This document shows positions 44,894 through 54,276 of a stretch of 64,000 nucleotides of DNA, piece by piece. Below the pieces are notes generated by a model. That model made no database searches and was not told the origin of the DNA. It was given only the letters and a program-made list of their open reading frames with translations. Position numbers and translations under genes: made by a program. The stretch's first letter is position 1, and every line of letters starts with the position of its first letter. This DNA is from a virus (Duplodnaviria > Caudoviricetes), in the IMG/VR virus record IMGVR_UViG_3300020151_002511, positions 23,932 to 87,931 of that record; one strand, 5' to 3'.

Positions 44894-45705
44894 TAGACCT
44901 ATGTATAGTTAATTACAATTCTAGAAAGCAGATAGAAAGACTTTTGGACGTCTTGCATTCTAGTTTAGATAGTCCAAATGGCGCGCTTGAAAAAAATTGG
45001 AATCTATATATTACAGACAATGATTCCCAGGATGACTTCATACAGTGGATACGAGAAAATGAAGAAAGATATCTGATAGATAGAGTCTATCTGCGTCGCA
45101 ATATAGGATACTCAGCTGCCTGTAATATGATGGCACATAAATCTAATTCAGATATTATTGCACTTCTAAATGCTGACGTTTGGTTTTCAAATGAAGACCT
45201 TATAAAAATTCAAAGAATCTTTGATGAGAACAAAGACATTCATATACTTGGTCCAAAGCAAAGAGACGAGAATGGTTTAATAACACATGCCGGTATTGTT
45301 GGCACTAACTTAAAACCAGGTCATAGAGGTTGGAGAGCTGAGGATAAAGCAGACTCTTTATTCAGAGATAGAATAGACTGCGTAACAGTATCGGGATCTG
45401 CTTACTTTATAAGAAGAGAAGTATGGAATGCATTGACTAACAATTCTAAGTATAGAGAATTATATCCTAATGCAATTGGAGCATTCCTACCCACTCCTCA
45501 TTACTACGAAGAGACATGGTGCTCATACTTCGCTAGACATCTAGGGTATAATGTAGTGTATGATGGATCTGTATCAATAGGACACAGTTGGCATGCATCT
45601 TCTCCAAAACCAGGAGAAGGTTACAGTCACGCCGATGCTCAGTTTCCAATAAGTAGAGAAATATTTAGAAAAGCTTGTGACTACATAGGAATAGAAAGAG
45701 ACTAA
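44890..45705 (+). CDS. glycosyltransferase family 2
   Basis: IVNYNS, DNDSQD, NIGYSAACN, LLNAD, SGSAYFIRR and YYEET motifs. Confidence 0.88.
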   Translation: MIDLCIVNYNSRKQIERLLDVLHSSLDSPNGALEKNWNLYITDNDSQDDFIQWIRENEERYLIDRVYLRRNIGYSAACNMMAHKSNSDIIALLNADVWFSNEDLIKIQRIFDENKDIHILGPKQRDENGLITHAGIVGTNLKPGHRGWRAEDKADSLFRDRIDCVTVSGSAYFIRREVWNALTNNSKYRELYPNAIGAFLPTPHYYEETWCSYFARHLGYNVVYDGSVSIGHSWHASSPKPGEGYSHADAQFPISREIFRKACDYIGIERD

Positions 45706-45706
45706 A

Positions 45707-46636
45707 GTGTGGAGAAATAAAAAAATATTCATAGCTGTTCCAGCTTTCAATGAACACTTTACTCATGTTACAATAGAAGACGCTTTTGAAAAAGCTGACA
45801 AACCTGAAAATGTTTATTTTGGTATTTTTAATCAAAAAACAAATTCAAATAATTTTGAAGATTTTACGTCTTACAAAAATGTAAGGTGTATTAATGCAAA
45901 TTATAAGAAGCCACTTGGCGCAGGGTTAGCCAGATTAATTGCCTCTACTCTTCATGATGATGAGAGATACTTCTTACAAATTGACGCCCATACAATCTTT
46001 GCAAAAGGATGGGATTCAGTACTTCTTAATGATCTAGACTTGCTATTGAGGCATGTTGAAAAACCTGCAATATCTCAAAGTTGTGCTTGGCATCAAGTTT
46101 CAGTTTATTCTGATCCGGATAAAGTGTATATAAAAAATTTTAATGGCGTTCAAGCATATCCATTTTTTCCAGAAAAAGGAAAACCTATAACTCACGAAGA
46201 TAGAACAAGAATAAATGAAGAAAAGTTTCTTGGAAAATTTTTAGAAAATCATTTGTCCTTGGGTTGTAGTGGACTTTTTTGTTTATCTGATTTTATATAT
46301 GAAATATCTTACAATCCTTTTATAAAATTTACTCCAGAACAAGAATTTACAGCACTCAGAGCATGTACAAGAAATTATAGATTCTTTAGTTCAGAAAAGA
46401 GCATGATATCTACCTTAGGTAAAAATAAAATTGATGGATTTACTGATTTAGACTATCCAGATGATAGAAAATTTTTATTTGAAAATGAAGATATGGATAA
46501 AATAGGCATGCATGAGTACATATATGGAAAAAAATTTGGTTTTTATGGAGCCCCTGACTATAATTCATACCAAGATTACTTATTAAGATCAAAAATAGAT
46601 TTTAATACATCTAATGTTTATGGAATTGAATATTAA
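45707..46636 (+). CDS. GlcNAc-transferase-like glycosyltransferase (GT60/Gnt1-like)
   Basis: IFIAVPA..AFEKADKPENVYFGI..G.G.AR..YFLQIDAHTIFAKGWD..EQ..ALRA.T pattern. Confidence 0.7.
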   Translation: MWRNKKIFIAVPAFNEHFTHVTIEDAFEKADKPENVYFGIFNQKTNSNNFEDFTSYKNVRCINANYKKPLGAGLARLIASTLHDDERYFLQIDAHTIFAKGWDSVLLNDLDLLLRHVEKPAISQSCAWHQVSVYSDPDKVYIKNFNGVQAYPFFPEKGKPITHEDRTRINEEKFLGKFLENHLSLGCSGLFCLSDFIYEISYNPFIKFTPEQEFTALRACTRNYRFFSSEKSMISTLGKNKIDGFTDLDYPDDRKFLFENEDMDKIGMHEYIYGKKFGFYGAPDYNSYQDYLLRSKIDFNTSNVYGIEY

Positions 46637-46671
46637 TATTTTTTTTGTAAACATCTATCAATCTTTTTATT

Positions 46672-47346
46672 TTAAAACTTTAACACTCTACCATAAAAAG
46701 AGTGCTTAAGTCTTTCTTCGTCTGAGGCATTACTGATTCTTTCTACTATATCTGAGTGGCTAAAATATTGCCAGCATAGTGGTGGATATATTACGTAGGC
46801 ATTTATGCTCTTCTGTTCATTTGCAAGATGAACATCACACGGTTTGCTCAAGTCGTTTAATTTTGATATAAACAAATCATAAATACTTTCATTAAATGCA
46901 ATTGCATGTGTTGTCAACGTGTAGTTACACTTATAGACATTTTCAGAAATTTTTGTAGGCTTTTCCACATGATGGCCACCAAGATATAAAATATCCCAAT
47001 CTTTTGGAAGTTCGTTGTTAAAAATTTTTGTAAATTTATATAGAAAATTTTCAGAAAATTCTACATCATCCTCAAAAACTATATAATTTTTTAACTTTAA
47101 GTATTTAGCCATCTTCATTATGTGTAAATGTGACAGACTGCAGCCTAAAGCTCCAGGAGTTCCAATACTGTCTGATATTGGTTTTAATTTTAAATTAAAA
47201 AGGGAACCATCAATTGCGGAAATTCTTTCAACCTCAATGTTCAATAGTTCGAACTGACTACTGGCACTCTGCCACCTATCTCGTCTTCTTTCTAGGTTAA
47301 TACAAAAAGCTTTATCAAAAAAAAGATTTTTTGTTTTATCATCCAT
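46672..47346 (-). CDS. glycosyltransferase family 25
   Basis: CINLERRRDR, SAIDG, GCSLSH, VFEDD and WDILYLG motifs. Confidence 0.88.
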   Translation of the reverse strand: MDDKTKNLFFDKAFCINLERRRDRWQSASSQFELLNIEVERISAIDGSLFNLKLKPISDSIGTPGALGCSLSHLHIMKMAKYLKLKNYIVFEDDVEFSENFLYKFTKIFNNELPKDWDILYLGGHHVEKPTKISENVYKCNYTLTTHAIAFNESIYDLFISKLNDLSKPCDVHLANEQKSINAYVIYPPLCWQYFSHSDIVERISNASDEERLKHSFYGRVLKF

Positions 47347-47463
47347 TTAGTTTACCTTTACCTGTATTATGCATCATATAATATACTATCATATTTTTTG
47401 TGATATAATGTATAATTGTTTTTAAAAAAATTTGTAATTACATAATTTTAGGAAAGGACTAAA
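47347..47463. promoter_or_regulatory. AT-rich divergent promoter region between GT25 and the methyltransferase
   Basis: TGATATAAT (extended -10) at 47401-47409 and a second TATAAT at 47411-47416. AGGAAAGGA RBS before the MTase. Confidence 0.45.
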
Positions 47464-48345
47464 TTGTCTATACAATCCTACGGATCTTTGTTTGCAGGAG
47501 TTGGTGGAATTGATATAGGTTTAGATTCTGCTGGTTTACAATGTAAGTTCCAAGTAGAATGGGACAGTAACTGTCTGCAAACTCTTGAATATCACTGGCC
47601 AACCGTTCAGCGTTGGGGTGATATATGTAACGTAAATGGAAAAGACCTTACACCTGTAGATCTAATTGCATTTGGATCCCCTTGTCAAGACTTGTCTAAC
47701 GCAGGAAAAAAAGCTGGGCTAAAAGGTAGTAGGTCTAATCTATTTTTTGAAGCAATTAGAGTCATTAAAGAAATGAAAGAGAGTACGGGTGGAGAATATC
47801 CAAAGGTCGCAATTTGGGAAAACGTCACTGGAGCCATGTCTTCCAATAGTGGTGACGACTTTGAGGCAGTCATCAAAGAAATGGCAGGCTTGGGGAGTCA
47901 TCACCTGGAATGGTCAGTCCTTGACGCACAATACTTCGGAGTGCCCCAAAAAAGAAGAAGAGTTTTTGTCATCGCTATCCTTGATCCTGCAATTGCCAGA
48001 AGAAGTCCACAGCAAATATTACCTGTCGAAAAAAGCAGCAAAAGGAATCTTAAGAAGAGTCTCAAGCAAAAGCAAGAAGATCCCAAAGAACTTGCAAGTT
48101 GCCTTAGAAGCGGTGGCCAAGGAGGAGTCCCATCAAGTAGAGGGGAAAATCTCGTAGTAGATAGCAAAGGCGTACGTAGATTTACTCCTATAGAATGTGA
48201 AAGATTAATGGGCTGGCCAACAAATCACACTTTATATAGAGCTGATGGTAAAACTAACAGTGATAATACTCGTTATAAAATGTGTGGAAATGGCGTAGTG
48301 AGTCCTGTGATAAAATGGGTAATAGACCAAATAAAAAAAATATAG
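47464..48345 (+). CDS. DNA (cytosine-5)-methyltransferase, main polypeptide
   Basis: SLFAGVGG (motif I), GSPCQD (IV), ENV (VI), PQKRRRVF (VIII), RRFTPIECERLMG (IX) and GNGV (X). Confidence 0.92.
   Translation: MSIQSYGSLFAGVGGIDIGLDSAGLQCKFQVEWDSNCLQTLEYHWPTVQRWGDICNVNGKDLTPVDLIAFGSPCQDLSNAGKKAGLKGSRSNLFFEAIRVIKEMKESTGGEYPKVAIWENVTGAMSSNSGDDFEAVIKEMAGLGSHHLEWSVLDAQYFGVPQKRRRVFVIAILDPAIARRSPQQILPVEKSSKRNLKKSLKQKQEDPKELASCLRSGGQGGVPSSRGENLVVDSKGVRRFTPIECERLMGWPTNHTLYRADGKTNSDNTRYKMCGNGVVSPVIKWVIDQIKKI
47789..48157 (+). CDS. nested alternative-frame ORF, probable second (beta-like) methyltransferase polypeptide; start uncertain
   Basis: SSLSLILQ..HSKYYLSKKAAKGILRR..IPKNLQVAL resembles the small alternative-frame subunits of two-polypeptide C5-MTases (M.EcoHK31I beta type). 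Confidence 0.55.
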   Translation: MENIQRSQFGKTSLEPCLPIVVTTLRQSSKKWQAWGVITWNGQSLTHNTSECPKKEEEFLSSLSLILQLPEEVHSKYYLSKKAAKGILRRVSSKSKKIPKNLQVALEAVAKEESHQVEGKIS

Positions 48346-48357
48346 AAAGATATTATA

Positions 48358-49317
48358 ATGGATGAAAATAATATAGACACTATTTTTGTAGCAATTCCTG
48401 CATTAAATGAATACTTTACTGATATAACTATCCAAGATGCTTATAAAAAAGCTAAGTATCCTTCTAATATTTTTTTTGGAATATTTAATCAAAAAACTAA
48501 AGGATATAAATTTGAAGATTTTTCTAAATATCCAAATGTTAGATGTGTTAATGTGTCATATGAAGAGCCATTGGGATTAGGTCTTGCTAGATTAGCTTGC
48601 TCTATGCTTCATAATAATGAAAAATATTTTTTACAGATAGATGCACATACAATCTTTGTAAAAGACTGGGATTCTATTCTAGTTGAAAGTTTAAAAGAAT
48701 TAAAAAAATATTGTGATAAACCACTAATATCGCAATCCATATCTTGGCATGGAGAAGAAGCTTATTTTGATCCGGAGAAAAAATATATTAATAATTTTAT
48801 GGGAGAAAAAGCTTACCCACTTTCTGCTAGAGAAGATGGCTTAAGTACTCACGTAGATAAATCTAGGGAAGATGAAGAAAAAATATTTGGAAAATATTTA
48901 GAACACTACCTTTGTTACGGTGGCGGTGGACTTTTTGGAGATTCAAAATTTTTACATGAAATATCCTATAATCCATTTATTCTTTTTTGTCCAGAACAAG
49001 AATTAACTGCATTAAGAGCTTCGACAAGAGGGTATAGATTTTTTAGTTCAGATAAAACTATTATATCAACTTTGGGGAAACATCCAGAAAATGGTTTTAC
49101 TAAAGAAAAATATTCAGATGATAGACTTTTTGCTTTTAATGGAGTTCTTGAAGCTAAAAAAATATACGGAAATTTTGGCTATGATTATCTTTATGGTAAA
49201 AAATTTGGTTTTTGGGGAGCAGAAAATAAAGAAAAATATGATGAATATGTAAAAATATCAAATAATTATTTTGAAGAAAATGATAAAAAATATCAAAATT
49301 TAAAAAAGGAAAATTAA
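48358..49317 (+). CDS. GlcNAc-transferase-like glycosyltransferase, paralog of 45707..46636
   Basis: Near-identical blocks: FGIFNQKT, YFLQIDAHTIF, EISYNPFI.F.PEQE.TALRA, ISTLGK and YGKKFGF. Confidence 0.72.
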   Translation: MDENNIDTIFVAIPALNEYFTDITIQDAYKKAKYPSNIFFGIFNQKTKGYKFEDFSKYPNVRCVNVSYEEPLGLGLARLACSMLHNNEKYFLQIDAHTIFVKDWDSILVESLKELKKYCDKPLISQSISWHGEEAYFDPEKKYINNFMGEKAYPLSAREDGLSTHVDKSREDEEKIFGKYLEHYLCYGGGGLFGDSKFLHEISYNPFILFCPEQELTALRASTRGYRFFSSDKTIISTLGKHPENGFTKEKYSDDRLFAFNGVLEAKKIYGNFGYDYLYGKKFGFWGAENKEKYDEYVKISNNYFEENDKKYQNLKKEN

Positions 49318-49318
49318 A

Positions 49319-49720
49319 ATGACAGATAAATTTAATGTATATTTATACAACGCAGAAGTTAAAAAAATAATTGATGGAGATACATTTGACATCATTATTG
49401 ATCTAGGATTTGATACCCTTAGAAAAGGTAGAGTAAGACTATACGGAGTCAATACTCCAGAAAGTCGCACTACCAATCTTGAGGAAAAAAAAATGGGCCT
49501 TGCCGCTAAAGAGTTTACGGATCAGTGGATCACTGCTGCCGGTCATAAAATTAAAATAGAAACAATTCTTGATAAGAATGAAAAATATGGTAGAATACTT
49601 GCTAGAGTATGGAACGAAACAGGAGAGTCTCTAAACGAAGCTATTGTAAAATCTGGTTTGGCCAGAGAATATTATGGCGTTGGTGACAAAACCTTTACTG
49701 AGTTCAAGAAAGATAAGTAA
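49319..49720 (+). CDS. thermonuclease (SNase-like)
   Basis: IIDGDT, RVRLYGVNTPE, KYGRILA and LNEAIVKSGLA motifs. Confidence 0.9.
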   Translation: MTDKFNVYLYNAEVKKIIDGDTFDIIIDLGFDTLRKGRVRLYGVNTPESRTTNLEEKKMGLAAKEFTDQWITAAGHKIKIETILDKNEKYGRILARVWNETGESLNEAIVKSGLAREYYGVGDKTFTEFKKDK

Positions 49721-50124
49721 TGCAAACATTTTTACCATATTCAAATTTTGTTAAGTCAGTTCAAGTATTAGACTATCGCCGGTTAGGAAAACAACGTGTT
49801 GAAACATATCAAGTTCTTAATGTTCTACTCGAAAGAACGCATACTAAAGGTTGGCGCAACCATCCAGTTACTCGTATGTGGTCTGGTTACGAAGAAGCGC
49901 TAAAGGTTTATCAAAACCACACGATTGCTGAGTGGATGAATCGTGGGTACAAAAACAATATGGTATTTGAAGAAGTAGATAGCAGTAAGATAGTTCTTCC
50001 ATCATGGTTTGGCAATGATCAATTTCATCGTTCACATAGATCAAATCTTCTTAGAAAAGATTATGAATATTATTCTCAGTATTTTGACGATCCCTCAGAT
50101 TTAGAGTATCATTGGCCAGTATGA
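49720..50124 (+). CDS. pyrimidine-dimer DNA glycosylase/MSMEG_6728-like protein
   Basis: MQTFLPY..LD.RRLGKQRVE..HP...MW..HRSNLLRKD..Y.WP. Confidence 0.85.
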   Translation: MQTFLPYSNFVKSVQVLDYRRLGKQRVETYQVLNVLLERTHTKGWRNHPVTRMWSGYEEALKVYQNHTIAEWMNRGYKNNMVFEEVDSSKIVLPSWFGNDQFHRSHRSNLLRKDYEYYSQYFDDPSDLEYHWPV

Positions 50125-50525
50125 GTGTAACAATATTCCTATCAGGTGCGATGGATTACGTAGGCGAGTATGCAACAAGCTGGCGTAAAGAAGCTACGTT
50201 TTTATTAGACCAACGTGGATATTCAGTGTTGGATCCAACGTCTATACCAGAAGACTATTCAATGTCTCCGGAAGAAATTGCACAAAAAAATTTGTTTATG
50301 CAGAAGAAATCAGATCTTTTGCTGGTAGAATACATGCTAGAAGATAGAGCATACATAGGAACTGACTTTGAGCTAGCATGGGCTAAAATCCATGGCCAGC
50401 CCACAGTTGTTATGTGTGCTAATCAATACAAAGATCGCATATATATGAAATATATGGCAACCAAACTTGCAGACAACCTGCAAGATGCGATAGAATACAT
50501 CGCAGTACATTATCCAACAAAATAG
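50121..50525 (+). CDS. nucleoside 2-deoxyribosyltransferase-like protein
   Basis: IFLSGAM..WR..VLDP..SDLLLV..GTDFELAWA. Confidence 0.75.
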   Translation: MSVTIFLSGAMDYVGEYATSWRKEATFLLDQRGYSVLDPTSIPEDYSMSPEEIAQKNLFMQKKSDLLLVEYMLEDRAYIGTDFELAWAKIHGQPTVVMCANQYKDRIYMKYMATKLADNLQDAIEYIAVHYPTK

Positions 50526-50539
50526 AAAAGGAAATAAAA

Positions 50540-50722
50540 ATGTCAGATAACAAGTTCAAGTACTTTACTGTTACTACAACTACACTTGTTCGTGCCAACA
50601 ACAAGAGCGATGCCCAAAAGCTTGCTGCTGGTCGACGCAGTGTAACTGGTGAGGTCATGTTCCATGACGTTGAAATTGAGCGCATCTCTGCAGTGGAAGC
50701 CCGCCAGCAGATCGAAGCCTAA
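50540..50722 (+). CDS. small hypothetical protein (probably highly expressed)
   Basis: 60 aa, AAGGA RBS, higher GC, followed by a strong hairpin. Confidence 0.7.
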   Translation: MSDNKFKYFTVTTTTLVRANNKSDAQKLAAGRRSVTGEVMFHDVEIERISAVEARQQIEA

Positions 50723-50735
50723 TAATTTTGTTAAC

Positions 50736-50769
50736 TATAGGGGAGACTGCTTATGTGGTCTCCCCTATA
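50736..50769 (+). terminator. stem-loop/terminator
   Basis: tataggggagac-tgcttatgtg-gtctcccctata. Confidence 0.7.
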
Positions 50770-50787
50770 TTCATTTAAAGGAAAAAT

Positions 50788-51489
50788 ATGATATACGCTC
50801 AAATGGTAGGAAGAAATGAATCTTCCAGATTCTTAGAAGAAGTTTTACAAAGAATATCAAGTCAAGTAGATAAAATAATTTTTACTGATGACTGTTCAAC
50901 CGACGACACCCCAAATATAGCTGCAAAGTACGCAGAGGTATTCTCTACTCCAGAGCCTCTTTTTGCAACCCATGAGGGTAGATTAAGATCAAATGCCTGG
51001 GGTAACCTAGAGAAGTTCGCTTCTCCTGGAGACTGGGTGATTGCAATTGATTGTGACGAAATGCTGTTTGATATAAACAATATTAATTCTATAGATATAA
51101 AAAGTGTTTTATCTAAGTCAGAATTTGATGTTGTAAATGTTAGATTTTATCACATGTGGAGTGAAACCCATTATAGAGTTGATAAGTTATGGGCTCCTAA
51201 TAATTCATCTAGAATTTTTAGATATCAAGAAAATGCAGGCTTTCTCAATAAAGCTTTAGCATGTGGGTCCGAGCCAACTTATGTTTCTAAATGGATGGGA
51301 AATCAAAACTATTGGCTTCACTCTGGTTTAATAATGAAGCATCTAGGTTATACTTATGATGAAGATAAAAAAAGCAAATACGAAAGATACTCCAATTTAG
51401 ATGGTGGAAAATTCCATCAAATTGATCATATCAATTCTATAGTAGATCCTAATCCAGTATTAATCCAGTGGGAAAATTTCGGTATATAA
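50788..51489 (+). CDS. glycosyltransferase family 2-like
   Basis: RNE, DDCSTDDT, WVIAIDCDE and H.GY motifs. Confidence 0.8.
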   Translation: MIYAQMVGRNESSRFLEEVLQRISSQVDKIIFTDDCSTDDTPNIAAKYAEVFSTPEPLFATHEGRLRSNAWGNLEKFASPGDWVIAIDCDEMLFDINNINSIDIKSVLSKSEFDVVNVRFYHMWSETHYRVDKLWAPNNSSRIFRYQENAGFLNKALACGSEPTYVSKWMGNQNYWLHSGLIMKHLGYTYDEDKKSKYERYSNLDGGKFHQIDHINSIVDPNPVLIQWENFGI

Positions 51490-51490
51490 A

Positions 51491-52198
51491 ATGCAAGACA
51501 TGAATAAAATTTTAGATCCAGTAAAATCAATTATTGCTCTTACTGAAAAAATTGAAAGCAAAAATAAGTTTGCGTATGTAAACATATCAAGATCAGCAAT
51601 TGGTGCAGCTCTAAATACTTCGGAGAAAAAACCTCCTAGATATTTTATAAAGTCACTTTCTAATTGCATGTCAATTAAAGATGAGAACTTCTTAAAAGCA
51701 GTGCCTCTTGAATTCTCTCAAGAGATAGAGTCTGGTAAGTTAAATAGCATAGGTTTAAATAGCGACTCTACATATTATGACGCTGGTATGTTTGAACACT
51801 TTTTTTCTAGTAAAAAAGAAGTAATTGATATATTTATTAATCACTACATTAGGGATTCTAAGAATGTTATTTTAACATTTCATGATAAAAAAACTGTTGA
51901 AAAGATTTTTGGACAGAACCAATATGTAATCACAGTGCCATATAATAATTACTACGACAAGCTTGACTCTATCATTACTCAGATAAGTGAATTTGAAAAC
52001 GGCGTGGATGCAGTCATACTCGATTGCCCACTGTTAGCAACTGCTATCTCACCTAAAATATGGGAAACTATGAATGTATCAATAATTGACTTTGGTAAGT
52101 TTATTAGTTCAGCAAAATTCCATCTGAATATAGATAAGCCAAGATTTACAAAAGATGAAGGTAAGAAATACCCTAATAAAAAATATGACAAGAAGTAA
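51491..52198 (+). CDS. hypothetical protein, possibly a GT-D-fold/DUF1792-like glycosyltransferase domain
   Basis: Lies next to a GT gene. C-terminal VILDCPLLA..IIDFGK resembles the GT-D 'l..G..a....iDiG' pattern. Confidence 0.4.
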   Translation: MQDMNKILDPVKSIIALTEKIESKNKFAYVNISRSAIGAALNTSEKKPPRYFIKSLSNCMSIKDENFLKAVPLEFSQEIESGKLNSIGLNSDSTYYDAGMFEHFFSSKKEVIDIFINHYIRDSKNVILTFHDKKTVEKIFGQNQYVITVPYNNYYDKLDSIITQISEFENGVDAVILDCPLLATAISPKIWETMNVSIIDFGKFISSAKFHLNIDKPRFTKDEGKKYPNKKYDKK

Positions 52199-52838
52199 CT
52201 GGGAAGAAGAGCAAGACGATACTGAGTTAGTTGTCGACTTACTCTTTGAAAGTAGTCTTAGCATACCTGATATAGCAAAAGAAGTAGGTTGGACTGTTAG
52301 CAAAGTAAACCAAAAGATTAATCAACTTGGTCTTTCTTGGTTGAAAAACTCTAGAAAAAAAATGTCTAGAGGTCAGTCCTCCCTTACTTTTATGATGCAA
52401 AAGCTCCTTCCAGGGGAAAAAATAGTAAATGAATTTTACCTAGAAGATAAATTAAGACTTGACATTTACTGCCCTACTTATAAATTGGCAGCTGAATATC
52501 ATGGTAGGCAGCACTTCTATTACACGGCTAGATTCTATGAATCAAAATATGATTTTCACGAAGCTCAAAAAAGAGATATAAAAAAAGCCGAAATGTGTAA
52601 ACAACAGGGCATTGCATTGGTTGTCTTTAGGTATAATGATCAGCTTACAGAGCAGTCTGTATTTGATCGAATGCTACAGGCAATAAAAGATTCACCTTTT
52701 GTTAAAGATCAGAAGACAAAAAATAATATATATGAATCAGACTTCTATAAATCTATAAAAAAGAAAAAGTCTGAAGAACGTAAAAGAATCTACAGAGCAA
52801 TTAAGGATGAAAAAAAGAATGGTAACAGAAGCTCTTGA
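52185..52838 (+). CDS. HTH plus Vsr/DUF559-like endonuclease
   Basis: SIPDIAKEVGWT (HTH) and LRLDIY..LAAEYHGRQH..RDIKK. Confidence 0.7.
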   Translation: MTRSNWEEEQDDTELVVDLLFESSLSIPDIAKEVGWTVSKVNQKINQLGLSWLKNSRKKMSRGQSSLTFMMQKLLPGEKIVNEFYLEDKLRLDIYCPTYKLAAEYHGRQHFYYTARFYESKYDFHEAQKRDIKKAEMCKQQGIALVVFRYNDQLTEQSVFDRMLQAIKDSPFVKDQKTKNNIYESDFYKSIKKKKSEERKRIYRAIKDEKKNGNRSS

Positions 52839-54276
52839 AGAAAGTTCTGACATACCTATTGAGTATCAGATATTTGCACTCTCTTTAAGGGAAGAGGGTG
52901 CTATATCTGAATTCGCAAACGAGCTTGCTCCAGATATAGTTGGCATTAATCATGGTCAAAAAGGTGTCCATGAATTTTACTTAGCACTTCTTGCATATCA
53001 TTCTGCAACCCAGTTGCCTATGGTAAATCCTGTTGGCTTTAGAAACTGGCTTGAATCAGAAACAGACATAAGAGAAGGTCTAGGCGGAAACGCTGGGGTT
53101 TCAATTATGATGGATTTACTTTTATCCCTTGAGCTTTCAACTGTTGAATCAGTTATTCAGATAGTTAAATATAAAGCTAACAAAAAAAAGCAACTTGATT
53201 ACCTACAGGAACTTCAGCTTATACTGTCCCAAAAGGGAGTTAAGTCAGAAAAAGACACAGCAAGAATCAATTTACTTACATCTGAAATAAAAGAATTAGA
53301 AAATAGCGTTAACTACGATCCGCTAGAAAAACTAACAACAGCAAATGACATTTCTGATAGGGCTGAAGACCTATTAAATATACCCAGTTTTCTCCCAACG
53401 CAGTTTAAATCGCTTAATAGGGCAATGGGGTACACAGATGACGGTGGCTTCTATAAGGGTGCTGTACACGCAATCATAGCTGCCTCAGGCAAAGGTAAGA
53501 GCACATTCGCTAAGTGCCTAGTTAATAATTGGGTTGAGTGTGGATATACGGCTTTGTATGTAAACTTTGAAGAGGCCGTTGGTCACTGGGAGAGAATCTT
53601 AATGACTCAGATTATTGGCAAAAACGTCTACGCTGAGTCAGAAAATTGGACCGAAGATCAGAAGACTTTTTACCTTGGTAAGTTTAGAGATAAATTAAGT
53701 CAATGGGGCAATAGACTACTTGTTAGACATGATCCTGAGACACCATACTTTGAGGATCTTGAGAAATGGTTAAGAGATATTATTGACTATGCCAAGACTC
53801 CAGATATTGTAGTTATAGATACGATACAGTCAATGTTTACAAAAGGTGGCAAAGGCAAGCCTAGGTGGGGTGAGTTTGAAGAGATGATGGTTAAGCTGGA
53901 AAAGCTAGCTAGAGACATGAATTGTGTTGTTATCATTACAGCTCAAGAAAACTCAAATAGAATGAAAGAAAAAAGAGAAGTTGTACAGCAGTCTGACACC
54001 GGTGGCTCTCTAGCGATACAACAAAAATGTGCTGTAACAATATTCATTACGCAAAAAAAATTAATTAGTGGTGATGATTCTGAAGATGACAATGTAATGC
54101 AGCTACAAATTCCAAAGAATAGAATAACCGGATCAAGCTATTTGTATAACCCTCCCTTGGTTAGATATGTTGACTCAAGAAAGATATACGAAGAGTATGA
54201 ACCAGTTACAGAAAATGATTACGACACAAGTTCTCTTTTAGATGAACTATTAGACGATAGCGATTTTGACATATGA
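52819..54276 (+). CDS. DnaB-like replicative helicase
   Basis: Walker A AASGKGKST, NFEE, Walker B VVIDTIQ, TAQEN and KNR motifs. Confidence 0.85.
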   Translation: MVTEALEESSDIPIEYQIFALSLREEGAISEFANELAPDIVGINHGQKGVHEFYLALLAYHSATQLPMVNPVGFRNWLESETDIREGLGGNAGVSIMMDLLLSLELSTVESVIQIVKYKANKKKQLDYLQELQLILSQKGVKSEKDTARINLLTSEIKELENSVNYDPLEKLTTANDISDRAEDLLNIPSFLPTQFKSLNRAMGYTDDGGFYKGAVHAIIAASGKGKSTFAKCLVNNWVECGYTALYVNFEEAVGHWERILMTQIIGKNVYAESENWTEDQKTFYLGKFRDKLSQWGNRLLVRHDPETPYFEDLEKWLRDIIDYAKTPDIVVIDTIQSMFTKGGKGKPRWGEFEEMMVKLEKLARDMNCVVIITAQENSNRMKEKREVVQQSDTGGSLAIQQKCAVTIFITQKKLISGDDSEDDNVMQLQIPKNRITGSSYLYNPPLVRYVDSRKIYEEYEPVTENDYDTSSLLDELLDDSDFDI

